A stretch of 64,000 bases of DNA, from NCBI GenBank assembly GCA_045603585.1, contig JAZUMK010000042.1, positions 10,171-74,170 on the forward strand, in the 5' to 3' direction. Shown here piece by piece: positions 19,836-29,697 of this stretch. The DNA comes from Clostridia bacterium (GTDB lineage Bacteria; Bacillota; Clostridia; Christensenellales; CAG-138). The translations under genes and the position numbers were made by a program. The notes beneath the pieces are model-generated. The model saw only the letters and a list, made by a program, of their open reading frames with translations, made no database searches and was not told the DNA's origin. Each line of letters begins with the position of its first letter. The stretch's first letter is position 1.

Positions 19836-22421
19836 ATGAACATAAACAAGCTTACTCAAAAATCCGTTGCCGCCGTACAGGAGGCACAGAGCATCGCCTC
19901 AAGGAAGGGCAGCTCTCAGGTGGATCAGCAGCACCTTATGGCTGCGCTGATGGATCAGGAGCTGATAGGCCAGCTGATAACCCGCATGGGCAAGGACAGG
20001 GAGGCTTTTTCCGCCGCCCTTGAAAAGGAGATAAACAAACTGCCCAGAATGAGCGGCGGCAGGGAGATGGACAGGGTATACATCACCTCTGAGCTGGACC
20101 GCGCCCTCAATTCCGCAGAGCAGCAGGCGGAGCATATGAAGGATGAGTATATCTCGGTTGAGCATCTTTTCCTTGGCATGCTGGAAGCCCCCAATGCTGC
20201 CATGAAGGAGCTTTTCCGCAGCTTTGCCATAAATCGCGATGAGTTCCTCAAGGCCCTCAACGAGGTGCGTGGCGGCGCAAGGGTAACCACAGACAGCCCT
20301 GAGGGCACATACGATGCTCTTGGCAAATACGCACAGGACCTGGTGGAGCTTGCAAGAAAGCAAAAGCTGGATCCCGTAATAGGCCGGGATGAGGAAGTAC
20401 GCAATGTTATCCGCATACTTTCCCGCAAAAGCAAGAACAACCCTGTGCTCATAGGTGAGCCGGGCGTGGGCAAGACCGCCATTGCAGAGGGCTTGGCTCA
20501 GCGCATAGTCAGCGGAGACGTGCCTGCAAACCTTAAGGAACGCAGGATATTCTCCCTGGACATGGGCGCGCTGATAGCCGGCGCAAAGTTCCGCGGTGAA
20601 TTTGAAGAGCGCCTCAAGGCTGTGCTCAACGAAGTAAAGCGCAGCGAGGGAGGCATCATACTCTTTATCGACGAGCTGCACAATATCGTAGGGGCAGGCC
20701 GTACCGAGGGCAGCATGGATGCAGGCAACCTGCTTAAGCCCATGCTGGCAAGGGGCGAGCTGCACTGTATCGGCGCCACCACCCTTGACGAATACCGCAA
20801 GTACATCGAAAAGGATGCCGCCCTGTCCAGACGGTTCCAGCCCGTAATGGTGGATGAACCTACCGTTGAGGATACCATCAGCATACTGCGCGGCCTTAAG
20901 GAGCGGTATGAGGTATTCCACGGCGTAAAGATACACGACAACGCCCTTATCGCCGCAGCAACGTTGTCCCATCGCTATATCAGCGACAGGTTCCTGCCGG
21001 ATAAGGCCATAGACCTTGTGGATGAGGCCTGTGCGCTGGTGCGTACCGAGATGGACAGCATGCCCACCGAGCTTGACGAAAAGCGCCGCCGCATAATGCA
21101 GCTGGAGATAGAGGAAGCCGCCCTGACAAAGGAAAGCGACAAGCTGTCTGTGCAGCATCTGGAGGATATCCGCCGCCAGCTTGCCTCTGAGCGGGAGGAC
21201 TTTGCAGGCCTTAAGGCCAAATGGGAAAACGAAAAGGATGCCATTAAGAAGGTACAGACCCTCCGCACCGAGATTGAGCAGCTCAATGCGGACATGCAGC
21301 AGGCAGAGCGCAATTACGACCTGAACAAGGCCGCCGAGATAAAGTACGGCACCCTGCCCAAGCTCAAAGAGGAGCTTGAGCAGGCGGAAGCGGATATGGA
21401 AAAGGGCAAGGCATCCGGACTGCTGCGGGATCGCATAACCGAGGAAGAGATCGCCCGCATAGTGGGCCGCTGGACCGGTATCCCTGTCAGCAAGCTGATG
21501 GAGGGAGAAAGGGAAAAGCTGCTGCATCTGGACAGCATACTGCATCGCAGGGTGATAGGCCAGGACGAGGCAGTGCAGACCGTATGCGATGCGATACTTC
21601 GCACCCGCGCAGGCCTGAAGGACCCGGATAAGCCCATCGGTTCCTTCCTGTTCCTTGGCCCCACCGGCGTGGGAAAGACCGAGCTTGCAAAGGCTCTGGC
21701 GGAAGCCCTCTTTGACGATGAGGGCAACATGGTTCGCATCGACATGAGCGAATACATGGAGAAGCATTCCGTATCCCGCCTTATCGGCGCCCCTCCGGGC
21801 TATGTGGGCTATGACGAGGGCGGTCAGCTCACCGAAGCCGTCCGCAGAAGGCCATACTGCGTTGTGCTGTTCGATGAAATCGAAAAGGCACACCCCGATG
21901 TATTCAATGTGCTGCTGCAGGTGCTGGACGATGGGCGCATCACGGATTCCCAGGGCCGCACTGTGGACTTTAAGAATACCGTAATAGTCATGACCAGCAA
22001 CCTTGGCTCCGCCTTTATACTGGAGGGCATTGAGGACGGCCGCATTACGGAGGAGGCAAGGGCACAGGTGGAAAGGCTGCTGAAGCAGAGCTTCCGCCCC
22101 GAGTTCCTCAACCGCATAGACGATACCGTGTTTTACAAGCCTCTCACTCAGGAAGAGATCTTCTCCATCACCGAGCTGCTTCTTGAGGATATCCGCAGAA
22201 GACTTGCCGAGCGCAGGCTGGACGTTGCCCTTACTGAGGCCGCGAAGACCTACATCGCCGAAGCCGGCTATGACCCCCAGTACGGCGCAAGGCCGCTGAA
22301 GCGGCTGCTTTCCAGCAAGCTTGAGACCCTTCTTGCCCGCCGCATAATCGAGAAGGATCCCGCTCCGGATACGGTTTTCACCGTGGATTACGATGGGGAA
22401 AAGCTGTACGTTCAGGAATAA
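19836..22421 (+). CDS. clpB: ATP-dependent chaperone ClpB
   Basis: 861 aa with two AAA+ modules ([16 protein letters not shown]) and the coiled-coil middle domain. GGAGG RBS. Confidence 0.95.
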   Translation: MNINKLTQKSVAAVQEAQSIASRKGSSQVDQQHLMAALMDQELIGQLITRMGKDREAFSAALEKEINKLPRMSGGREMDRVYITSELDRALNSAEQQAEHMKDEYISVEHLFLGMLEAPNAAMKELFRSFAINRDEFLKALNEVRGGARVTTDSPEGTYDALGKYAQDLVELARKQKLDPVIGRDEEVRNVIRILSRKSKNNPVLIGEPGVGKTAIAEGLAQRIVSGDVPANLKERRIFSLDMGALIAGAKFRGEFEERLKAVLNEVKRSEGGIILFIDELHNIVGAGRTEGSMDAGNLLKPMLARGELHCIGATTLDEYRKYIEKDAALSRRFQPVMVDEPTVEDTISILRGLKERYEVFHGVKIHDNALIAAATLSHRYISDRFLPDKAIDLVDEACALVRTEMDSMPTELDEKRRRIMQLEIEEAALTKESDKLSVQHLEDIRRQLASEREDFAGLKAKWENEKDAIKKVQTLRTEIEQLNADMQQAERNYDLNKAAEIKYGTLPKLKEELEQAEADMEKGKASGLLRDRITEEEIARIVGRWTGIPVSKLMEGEREKLLHLDSILHRRVIGQDEAVQTVCDAILRTRAGLKDPDKPIGSFLFLGPTGVGKTELAKALAEALFDDEGNMVRIDMSEYMEKHSVSRLIGAPPGYVGYDEGGQLTEAVRRRPYCVVLFDEIEKAHPDVFNVLLQVLDDGRITDSQGRTVDFKNTVIVMTSNLGSAFILEGIEDGRITEEARAQVERLLKQSFRPEFLNRIDDTVFYKPLTQEEIFSITELLLEDIRRRLAERRLDVALTEAAKTYIAEAGYDPQYGARPLKRLLSSKLETLLARRIIEKDPAPDTVFTVDYDGEKLYVQE

Positions 22422-22512
22422 TCATTGACGGCGGCACACAGGGCAATATAATGTAATATAAGACAAATGGGCCGCGGGCGGATTGTCCGCGTCCTGCCTT
22501 TTGGAGGGGAAT

Positions 22513-23187
22513 ATGAATTTTGACTATATGCAGGCCATCCGCGATCGCCACTCTGTACGCAGCTACCTTGCAGACCCCATACCTGAGACTATGGCAGCCG
22601 TCATCAATGATGAGATCGCCCGCTGCAACGCAGTAAGCGGCCTTTCAATGCAGCTTATCACAGAGGAGCCGGATGCCTTCAAGGGCTTCCTTGCCCATTA
22701 CGGCATGCTCAGCGGCGTGAAGAATTACATTGCGCTGGTTGGCCCCAAAGGGCCAAAGGTGGATGAGCTTTGCGGCTATTACGGCGAGAGGCTTGTGCTG
22801 CTTGCCCAGAGCCTTGGCCTTAATACCTGCTGGGTGGCAGGCACATACAGCCGCCGCAAGTGCAGAGCCGTGGTGCAAAAGGGGCAGAAGCTGGTCTGCG
22901 TTATTGCCATAGGCAAGGGAAAGACCAACGGCGTTCAGAGCAGATCAAAGCCCTTCAGCGCGGTATGCAAGGCAGAGGGAGAAATACCCGAATGGTTCAG
23001 GGCAGGGGTGGAGTGCGCCCTGCTTGCCCCCACTGCCATAAATCAGCAGGCCTTTACCTTTGAGCTGGTGGGCAGCAATGCCGTCCTTGCAAAGGCGGGA
23101 GTGGGCCCCTGCGCCAATATTGACCTCGGCATAGTAAAGCTGCACTTTGAGCTGGGGGCAGGCAAGGAGAATTTTGCCTGGGCATAA
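22513..23187 (+). CDS. nitroreductase family protein
   Basis: MNFDYMQAIRDRHSVRSY N-terminus typical of the nitroreductase fold. The ATG at 22513 has a GGAGGGG RBS. Confidence 0.75.
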   Translation: MNFDYMQAIRDRHSVRSYLADPIPETMAAVINDEIARCNAVSGLSMQLITEEPDAFKGFLAHYGMLSGVKNYIALVGPKGPKVDELCGYYGERLVLLAQSLGLNTCWVAGTYSRRKCRAVVQKGQKLVCVIAIGKGKTNGVQSRSKPFSAVCKAEGEIPEWFRAGVECALLAPTAINQQAFTFELVGSNAVLAKAGVGPCANIDLGIVKLHFELGAGKENFAWA

Positions 23188-23206
23188 AATAAAATTAAAA
23201 AAGTAC

Positions 23207-23235
23207 TTGACGTGAGCGCATGTGTGTGGTAACAT
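23207..23235 (+). promoter_or_regulatory. promoter of the tRNA-fMet/tRNA-Met pair
   Basis: TTGACG, 17 nt, TAACAT, ending ~18 nt before the first tRNA. Confidence 0.55.
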
Positions 23236-23252
23236 ACTCCTTGCGTTGACGG

Positions 23253-23328
<76 letters not shown>

Positions 23329-23332
23329 TTAT

Positions 23333-23409
23333 GGCGGCGTAGCTCAGTTGGCTAGAGCATTCGGTTCATACCCGGAGTGTCATCCGTTCGAGTCGGATCG
23401 CCGCTACCA
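23333..23409 (+). tRNA. elongator tRNA-Met (CAT); lysidine tRNA-Ile2 not excluded
   Basis: GGCGGCG acceptor, anticodon loop TTCATAC, T-loop TTCGAGT, and encoded CCA. Its 3' 50 nt are part of the att repeat. Confidence 0.85.
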
Positions 23410-23416
23410 AACAAAA
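23360..23416 (+). repeat. attL (57-bp direct repeat: tRNA-Met 3' 50 nt plus 7 nt)
   Basis: TTCGGTTCATACCCGGAGTGTCATCCGTTCGAGTCGGATCGCCGCTACCAAACAAAA is identical at 34396..34452. Confidence 0.9.
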
Positions 23417-23447
23417 AAGCTAGGTTTTACCTAGCTTTTTTTATTTT
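23414..23447 (+). terminator. intrinsic terminator supplied by the inserted element
   Basis: Stem AAAAAGCTAGG/CCTAGCTTTTT followed by a T-run. Confidence 0.75.
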
Positions 23448-23489
23448 CTGATTTCCGTGTGGTTGCTAAAAACCATCAAAAAAATGGGC

Positions 23490-23513
23490 GTTTACTGCAT
23501 TTTTACTGCATCA
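23490..23513 (+). repeat. TTACTGCA direct repeats (2 copies, 11-bp phasing), putative integrase arm-type sites on the attL side
   Basis: GTTTACTGCATTTTTACTGCATCA is also found verbatim at 34249..34272. Confidence 0.6.
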
Positions 23514-23543
23514 TTTTTCCTTTGCCCATGTTTTTGAGCAGTT

Positions 23544-24695
23544 TTACAGTGTTATTTGAACTTGCTGAGTGCCAATATGGGCATTGAGGGCAGCGATGGA
23601 GCTTTCCTCTTTTTGCTTGGAAAGATGGGTGTATATCTTCATGGTGGTTTGCACGTCAGCATGTCCCAGGAGCCGTTGAGCTGTGAGAACATCAACCCCC
23701 GCATCATAAAGCATGGTTGCGTATGTATGGCGCATCTGGTGGGCTGTAAACGGTTCTATGGCTTGTATTTTGGGATTACTGCGGCTTGCGTCCCTTCCTC
23801 CTGCTTGTATGTTTAAATAATGCTGATAGCTTTCCCAAGCCCTGCGGAACGCTGTGTTGCTCATCATTTCTCCAGCTTTTTGTGAGGGACAGACCAGCAT
23901 AGAAGCGTTACGTCTGTTTTTAATTAGTGCGGGCAAAATAGCATCAGGGATAGGGATGGTACGTTCTCCGGCCTTACTCTTAGGATCCTTTAAACTACCC
24001 TTATTGCCATAGAAGGCTGCGGCCTTGTTTATGGCGATGGTTTTGTTTTTCAAGTCTATGTCCCGCCATGTGAGGGCTATCAGTTCTCCGCGACGCAACC
24101 CGCAATACATCATAAGCAACGCAGCAAGCCCCATTCTGTGACCTTGCCATGTTTTATTGACAAGGTTTCTCTGAAAATCTGTCAAGGGTTGCCGCTCGTC
24201 TGCTCCGGCATCAGGAATGGATACTTTTGCAAACACATTGCGGAAAACTATATCATTCAGCATGGCAAAATCCAAGGCAGCGGCGGCAGCTTGCTTAACT
24301 TCTGTAATTGTCTTTTTGGCATATTCTTCTTCAACCATGCTGTTTAATATCGCCTGAAGGTGCATAGGCTTCAAGTCTTTTACACAAATATTACCAATAT
24401 CATTTAAGCGGTTTTTGATGATGCTTTCATACCGCTTTTTTGTTTTTTCGCTTGATGTGCGCTTGCATGTTTCTATCCATAGCGCAGCTAACTCTGAAAA
24501 GGTTATTTTTTCGTTGCTGGATAAGGTACCGTTTTTAAACTGGCGTTCATATTCAGCAGCCATTTGTTCCAACTCTTTTATGGTTTTTGCATAGAATGTT
24601 TTCCTGATGGGTTTTCCATCGGGTTTCCTGCCTATTGTTATCTGTTTTGAATAATTACCGTCTGCGCGGCGTTTGCGGTTGGATGGTGCTGCCAT
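23544..24695 (-). CDS. int: tyrosine recombinase / phage integrase
   Basis: 383 aa with catalytic-region motifs GLRRGEL, HQMRHTYAT and LLGHADVQTTMKIYTH. It is adjacent to attL. Confidence 0.9.
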   Translation of the reverse strand: MAAPSNRKRRADGNYSKQITIGRKPDGKPIRKTFYAKTIKELEQMAAEYERQFKNGTLSSNEKITFSELAALWIETCKRTSSEKTKKRYESIIKNRLNDIGNICVKDLKPMHLQAILNSMVEEEYAKKTITEVKQAAAAALDFAMLNDIVFRNVFAKVSIPDAGADERQPLTDFQRNLVNKTWQGHRMGLAALLMMYCGLRRGELIALTWRDIDLKNKTIAINKAAAFYGNKGSLKDPKSKAGERTIPIPDAILPALIKNRRNASMLVCPSQKAGEMMSNTAFRRAWESYQHYLNIQAGGRDASRSNPKIQAIEPFTAHQMRHTYATMLYDAGVDVLTAQRLLGHADVQTTMKIYTHLSKQKEESSIAALNAHIGTQQVQITL

Positions 24696-24701
24696 GTCTC
24701 A

Positions 24702-25286
24702 CTACCTTTCTTGTGGCGTGTCATCATCTATGCTGGCATGAATGCGAGAACCGTCATCAGGGAAAGTGTATCTTGGGATCTCGACTAACTCCGTAATTCG
24801 TTCTATGGCTTTTTGCCTTCCTGCATAGTTCAGTTTCATAAAGGCACGTTCTATAGGTTCAAAATCCTCGAGCAAATATAACTCATCATATTTGTCCAAT
24901 ACATCTAGCTGCCGTACGACGCCATTATAAAATCTTTGTGTCTCGGAGAAACTGTTTGAAATCCTTTCAAGTACTTTGGTTTTATGTGGTTCATCAAGAG
25001 AATCTATGCTATCAAGAGGAAGACCAAGGGTCATTTCTATTTCGTGAATATCATTATTTTCAAGAGCCTTAATCTGTTTATCAACATCAATAACATCAAT
25101 TCCTTGAAGAACTTCAATACCAACACGCAAAGCAGCTGCTATCTTTCGTAATTGTGATAAAGAAGGTTCTATTAGTCCGTTTTCATATTTTGATATTACA
25201 GGTCTCTGAACCCCTATTTTTTCTGCAAGCTCTGCCTGTGACATGCCCCGCTTTTTTCTTGTTGCCCTAATAAGTTTTCCTACCAT
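24702..25286 (-). CDS. XRE-family HTH repressor (cI-like)
   Basis: N-terminal HTH LIRATRKKRGMSQAELAEKIGVQRPVISKYENG, divergent from a Cro-like gene. The start at 25286 has a GGAGGA RBS; the track ORF extends to 25298. Confidence 0.8.
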   Translation of the reverse strand: MVGKLIRATRKKRGMSQAELAEKIGVQRPVISKYENGLIEPSLSQLRKIAAALRVGIEVLQGIDVIDVDKQIKALENNDIHEIEMTLGLPLDSIDSLDEPHKTKVLERISNSFSETQRFYNGVVRQLDVLDKYDELYLLEDFEPIERAFMKLNYAGRQKAIERITELVEIPRYTFPDDGSRIHASIDDDTPQER

Positions 25287-25374
25287 GATTTCCTCCATAG
25301 GCTACCGTGTTTATCTCTTTTCCTAATTTTATCCCAATAGGAACATATAGTCAAGATAAAGCCCTAAAAGGTTC

Positions 25375-25404
25375 TTGACAGGAACAAAGGGGATGAGTTA
25401 TACT
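25375..25404 (+). promoter_or_regulatory. rightward early promoter with AGGAAC operator-like repeats
   Basis: TTGACA (25375..25380), ~17-18 nt, TATACT (25399..25404). AGGAAC recurs at 25339, 25380, 25415 and 25446. Confidence 0.6.
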
Positions 25405-25466
25405 GTTTCCTGAAAGGAACTATTTTTTAAATGAATGTTCTGAATAGGAACTGGAAGGAGCTGCGA

Positions 25467-25655
25467 ATGAAGATTGATGCTAACAAGATTGATATTATTC
25501 TGGCGCGACAATGTAAATCGCTTGCGGAAATGCGCTCCGATACATCACCCAAAACTCTTAGGCGCATTCGTAACGGTGAAGATGTTAGACCTAAAACTGC
25601 TGGGAAAGTTGCTAAGTTTTTAGGCGTTGATGTTGCAGAAATTATGGCGGGGTGA
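25467..25655 (+). CDS. small HTH DNA-binding protein (Cro-like)
   Basis: 62 aa with a GGAAGGAG RBS before the ATG at 25467. It is divergent from the repressor. The HTH-like segment is PKTLRRIRNGEDVRPKTAGKVAKFLGV. Confidence 0.6.
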   Translation: MKIDANKIDIILARQCKSLAEMRSDTSPKTLRRIRNGEDVRPKTAGKVAKFLGVDVAEIMAG

Positions 25656-25659
25656 TTGT

Positions 25660-25851
25660 ATGGCAAAAGAAATGGAACGAATAACGTTAAATGCGATTGA
25701 ATTGGCTGCATGCTTTGGTGTTTCGCGCGCCACTGCATACAATCTTTTGCATGCAAAGGATTTTCCTGCCTTTACCATAGGGAAACGCCGCCTTGTGACA
25801 AAGGTAGCCTTTGAAAGGTGGTTGGAAGAACAGCAATGCAAAAACATTTGA
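25660..25851 (+). CDS. excisionase-like (MerR/Xis-type) HTH protein
   Basis: LNAIELAACFGVSRATAYNLLHAKDFPAFTIGKRRLV is typical of the excisionase/AlpA HTH_17 family. Confidence 0.65.
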   Translation: MAKEMERITLNAIELAACFGVSRATAYNLLHAKDFPAFTIGKRRLVTKVAFERWLEEQQCKNI

Positions 25852-25988
25852 ACAAAAGAATAAAGCTGAAGAGAAAATATTCGTGGTGGGATTATGAGCG
25901 CCACAAGAAAAAAATTGCGGCAAAGGGGCTCACATCAAGGGAATACGAAAGAGCAATCCTTGATTTAACCCGCAAGCTGGGACTTTAG
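25836..25988 (+). CDS. hypothetical 50-aa basic protein
   Basis: Manual ORF below the track cutoff: MQKHLNKRIKLKRKYSWWDYERHKKKIAAKGLTSREYERAILDLTRKLGL. It overlaps the end of the previous gene. Confidence 0.35.
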   Translation: MQKHLNKRIKLKRKYSWWDYERHKKKIAAKGLTSREYERAILDLTRKLGL

Positions 25989-26003
25989 GGGGACAAGTAT
26001 TTA

Positions 26004-26684
26004 ATGGCTGAAAGACGTATGTTCTCAAAAGCAATAGTTGATAGTGATGCTTTTTTAGATATGCCATTGTCAACACAGGCGCTTTATTTCCACTTGGGCA
26101 TGAGGGCTGATGATGAGGGATTTATTAATAATCCTAAAAAAATACAGCGTATGGTTGGGTGCAGCGATGATGATTCCAGATTGTTGGTTGCAAAAGGGTT
26201 CATCATTCCGTTTGAAAGCGGTGTTGTTGTTATTAGGCATTGGAAAATCCACAACTACATCCAAAAAGACAGGTATCGCGAGACTGTTTATCAAAGGGAA
26301 AGAGCGATGCTCACCGTAGAAGAAAACAAGACGTATACGGTAATGGATACAACATGTATACAAAGCGTGTCCATGTTGGACGCGCAGGATAGGATAGGTA
26401 AGGATAGGAAAGATAAGAAAAGTATAACAGCACGTTCGTGCCGTCCTTCCCTTGAAGAAGTAAGAGAATATTGTGATGAGCTGAACAGTACGGTTAATCC
26501 TGAAGCATTCATAGACCATTACACTTCAAATGGGTGGAAAGTGGGGAATCAGCCGATGAAGGATTGGAAAGCGGCTGTCAGGAATTGGGAACGCCGTCAA
26601 AGCGAAAGGCAACCAAAGGCCGCAGCAGTAAAGGACACAGGATTTTTGACGATGGAAGATATATATGGACGTAAGAAAGGATAA
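26004..26684 (+). CDS. phage replisome organizer / DnaD-domain replication protein
   Basis: The N-terminus MAERRMFSKAIVDSDAFLDMPLSTQALYFHLGMRADDEGF is typical of the phage replisome organizer N-terminal domain. The C-terminus is DnaD-like. Confidence 0.75.
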   Translation: MAERRMFSKAIVDSDAFLDMPLSTQALYFHLGMRADDEGFINNPKKIQRMVGCSDDDSRLLVAKGFIIPFESGVVVIRHWKIHNYIQKDRYRETVYQRERAMLTVEENKTYTVMDTTCIQSVSMLDAQDRIGKDRKDKKSITARSCRPSLEEVREYCDELNSTVNPEAFIDHYTSNGWKVGNQPMKDWKAAVRNWERRQSERQPKAAAVKDTGFLTMEDIYGRKKG

Positions 26685-27918
26685 TGCAGAAAGGGAAGTC
26701 CTGGGCGCCGCGCTTTTGAATAAGCGTGCCGCGGCTCTTGCTTGTTCGCTGAGGGAAACCGATTTTGTAAACCAAAAGCACAGGCTGATTTTCTCAGCCA
26801 TAAAAGGGCTGCACGATGGCGGTTGCGATGTTGATCCTATCACCGTTGAAGATGCTTTGGGGAGTAAGCGTGATGCGGCTGGCGGGTTTAAGTATCTCAA
26901 TGAGTTAGTGCTTGGGACAGTATCTCCGGCGAACGTAGAGAATCATATCCGCATTGTAAAGGAGCAGAGCCAAAGGCGCGGTTTTATTGCAGGGATGGGT
27001 AAAGTTGTATCCGCTGCATCATCAGGCGAGGACTATTTGGCAGAAGCCCGGCGCGTATTGGATGAAACCATAAACAGCTCAGCATCAGAGCTGCACCCGA
27101 TAGGTGATGACATAATGCCCGCGCTGGATTACATGTACTCAGAAACCGCAACGATAAAAACAGGCTATATCATGCTGGATGCCATGCTGAATGGCATTAA
27201 GGCGGGGCAGTTGGTATTGTTGGCAGGAACTACCAGGACAGGCAAAACAGCCTTTGCGCTCAATGTAGCCTTGAACGTAGCCGAAACAGGGCGGCGGGTG
27301 GTTATATTCTCACTTGAAATGAGCAAAAACGAGCTTATACAGCGTCTTATAACCATAAAGTCAGGCATTAGCTTCTATGAGCAAACAGGGGATACGGATT
27401 TAGCAATAGAGTATGTAAGAGCCGCTGATGAGCTGAAAGATGCGCCGATATACATTGATGATAAGGGTGGTGTGACAATGGAATATATTCGATCCCAATG
27501 TTATGCCGTAAAGCCTGATTTAGTGATTATTGACTACTTGGGGCTTGTCCGCACCGATAAGCGCAACACACGCGAGCAGGAAGTAAGCGAGCTGACCCAT
27601 GCGCTGAAAGCGTTTGCAAAAGAGATAAGTTGCCCTATATTGCTGCTTAGTCAGCTTAACCGCCGAGCGGATTATAGGGAAAGCGGCGAACCACGGTTGT
27701 CAGACCTGAGGGAATCGGGCGCAATCGAGCAGGATTCAGACACAGTGCTTCTGCTGCATCGGCCTGCCCTTTATGACGATAGCGCAGACAAGGCTGCATG
27801 TGTGCTGAATGTAGCCAAGAACCGAAACGGCATGTCAGGCAAAATACCCCTTGAATGGGACGGCGCACACTTTAAGTTTAAAGATGAAGAATACAAAGGG
27901 GGAACGCCATTTGATTAA
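26665..27918 (+). CDS. replicative DNA helicase (DnaB-like)
   Basis: DnaB N-terminal domain (ERE VLGAALL...), Walker A GTTRTGKT, and the RecA-like C-terminal domain ending ...AKNRNG. Confidence 0.85.
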   Translation: MDVRKDNAEREVLGAALLNKRAAALACSLRETDFVNQKHRLIFSAIKGLHDGGCDVDPITVEDALGSKRDAAGGFKYLNELVLGTVSPANVENHIRIVKEQSQRRGFIAGMGKVVSAASSGEDYLAEARRVLDETINSSASELHPIGDDIMPALDYMYSETATIKTGYIMLDAMLNGIKAGQLVLLAGTTRTGKTAFALNVALNVAETGRRVVIFSLEMSKNELIQRLITIKSGISFYEQTGDTDLAIEYVRAADELKDAPIYIDDKGGVTMEYIRSQCYAVKPDLVIIDYLGLVRTDKRNTREQEVSELTHALKAFAKEISCPILLLSQLNRRADYRESGEPRLSDLRESGAIEQDSDTVLLLHRPALYDDSADKAACVLNVAKNRNGMSGKIPLEWDGAHFKFKDEEYKGGTPFD

Positions 27919-27966
27919 AAAACGGCTGAAAACGTCTCACTTTGACCGAGGAAAGGAGGTTTTTAT

Positions 27967-28320
27967 TTGAACCCTAATCAGGAAAGGGCACTTGCAGCTC
28001 TTTTAACTAATCCCTCAAAAGAAAAAGCAGCTCGGGCGGCGGGTATTTCGACAAGAACTCTAAGCCGGTATCTGGATGACCCGGAATTTCAGAAACGGTA
28101 CAGGGCTGCATTTGATGAGCTGGTGGGTGGTGCCGCTAATACTGCAAAGCAGTGTTTAAGTCCGGCTATTGCGTGCTTGTATAACATAATGCGTGATACA
28201 TCAGCTGCAACACAGGCAAGGATACAGGCGGCGCGCACACTGCTTGAGTATGGATTAAAGCTGAATGAGCAAGCGGATATAGTGGAACGCATTGCGGCAC
28301 TGGAGAGGTTGAACGAATGA
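27967..28320 (+). CDS. terS: putative terminase small subunit (HTH protein)
   Basis: 117 aa with a TTG start and AGGAGG RBS. N-terminal HTH (KEKAARAAGISTRTLSRYL). The ATGA overlap couples it to terL. Confidence 0.55.
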   Translation: MNPNQERALAALLTNPSKEKAARAAGISTRTLSRYLDDPEFQKRYRAAFDELVGGAANTAKQCLSPAIACLYNIMRDTSAATQARIQAARTLLEYGLKLNEQADIVERIAALERLNE

Positions 28321-29684
28321 CAGACATTGAAAGACGATTGAACGCAATAGAAATCGCAACACGCCGCCGTATTGATGGTTGCAACCGCGCTGAAAATATC
28401 GAAGTGACGAACTATATGGCTCCGATATACAAGCCCATACACGCCGATTTAGCGGCTTGTAGGTATCAAAACATAAACCTCCCCGGTGGACGTGGTTCGG
28501 GTAAAAGCTCTTTTGTAAGCCTTGAAATTGTCGATGGAGTGATGAAAGACAAAACAGGGTGTAGCAATGGCATTGTATTCAGACGAGCAGCTTCTACTAT
28601 GCGCGATAGTGTGTATAGCCAAATTGCGTGGGCTATTGATGTGCTGGGCGTGAACGAGTTGTGGGAGGGTAAAATCAGCCCTTTGTCATGGACTTATAAG
28701 CCAACCGGGGCGCAAATCATCTTCAGAGGGTTGGATGATAGCAGCAAGCTAAAAAGCATAAAGCCTAAAAAAGGGATTTTCCGCTATGTATGGTTTGAGG
28801 AGTTTAGCGAACTGCCGGGAGAAAACTTTACCCGCTCTGTTTTGCAATCTGTTGTCCGTGGTGGTGCAAACTTCACCGTATTCAGAAGTTTTAATCCGCC
28901 TATAAGCAAGAATAATTGGGCTAATGTGTTTGTAGCGCGGCCTGATGAACGAGCTATCACGCTGCATACCAGTTACTTAGATATTCCCGCTGAGTGGCTG
29001 GGTGAGAACTTCATTTATGAAGCAGAACGGCTAAAGGAAGTTAACGAGGTTGCATACAGGCATGAATACCTGGGTGAAGCAACCGGCTCCGGCGGGGAAG
29101 TGTTCCCCAACATTATAACTAGGGAGATAACGGACGAGGAAACAAAGGAATTGCAGTACATATACTCAGGCATTGACTTCGGTTTTGCGGTTGACCCTGC
29201 GGTATTCATGAGGGTTGCATATGACAGGAAAAGCGATTCGGTGTATTTCCTTGACGAGATATATAAAAAGCATTGCAGTAACAAGCAACTGGCAGAAGCA
29301 ATAAAACAGCGCGGCTATGATAAGACCGGGCGCACCACCTATATCGCATTTGAGCGTATGGCAATAAACGAAGATGCAACTATTATTTGCGATAGCGCCG
29401 AACCCAAAAGCATAAGCGATTTGCGGGGAGAGGATTTGAATGCCATTGCATGCAAGAAGTTTGCGGGCAGTGTGCTTTATGGGATTAAGTGGCTGCAGCA
29501 TAGGCGGCTGATTATAGATCCGGCACGAACACCTAACGCATACAGGGAGTTTGTGGAGTATGAATACATGACAACCAAAGACGGCGAATTTTTGAGCGAT
29601 GTGCCGGATGCAAACAACCACTGTATTGATGCTGTAAGGTATGCGCTTGACAGAATTATAAATAATCGCGGAATTTCAGCATAA
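28317..29684 (+). CDS. terL: terminase large subunit (PBSX/XtmB-like family)
   Basis: Walker A GGRGSGKS near the N-terminus, a C-terminal nuclease-like region with conserved D residues, and a length of 455 aa. Confidence 0.8.
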   Translation: MTDIERRLNAIEIATRRRIDGCNRAENIEVTNYMAPIYKPIHADLAACRYQNINLPGGRGSGKSSFVSLEIVDGVMKDKTGCSNGIVFRRAASTMRDSVYSQIAWAIDVLGVNELWEGKISPLSWTYKPTGAQIIFRGLDDSSKLKSIKPKKGIFRYVWFEEFSELPGENFTRSVLQSVVRGGANFTVFRSFNPPISKNNWANVFVARPDERAITLHTSYLDIPAEWLGENFIYEAERLKEVNEVAYRHEYLGEATGSGGEVFPNIITREITDEETKELQYIYSGIDFGFAVDPAVFMRVAYDRKSDSVYFLDEIYKKHCSNKQLAEAIKQRGYDKTGRTTYIAFERMAINEDATIICDSAEPKSISDLRGEDLNAIACKKFAGSVLYGIKWLQHRRLIIDPARTPNAYREFVEYEYMTTKDGEFLSDVPDANNHCIDAVRYALDRIINNRGISA

Positions 29685-29697
29685 AGGGGGTGAGTAC

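Noticed and set aside
19493-19859. ~100-aa ORFs on both strands in the clpB leader
   Set aside because: They are generated by the 43-bp tandem repeat, giving repeated peptide blocks (PNADRKPLGVD x3). They have no RBS and sit inside a CIRCE-controlled 5' leader.
19899-21893. 664-aa minus-strand ORF and other long ORFs opposite known genes. Examples: 3865..4962, 5284..5937, 6504..7706, 9909..11537, 15446..16225, 16395..17054, 17384..18208, 34525..35844, 36824..38092, 43088..44050, 44169..45704, 45715..46572, 47380..47973, 49555..50400, 52159..53880, 55180..56280, 57244..58014, 58129..59890, 61207..62380.
   Set aside because: Each lies antisense to, or out of frame with, a gene that has unambiguous family motifs (clpB, pckA, metY, metA, radA and others). 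They lack RBSs and have skewed, repetitive amino-acid composition. These are the shadow ORFs expected in moderately GC-rich DNA.
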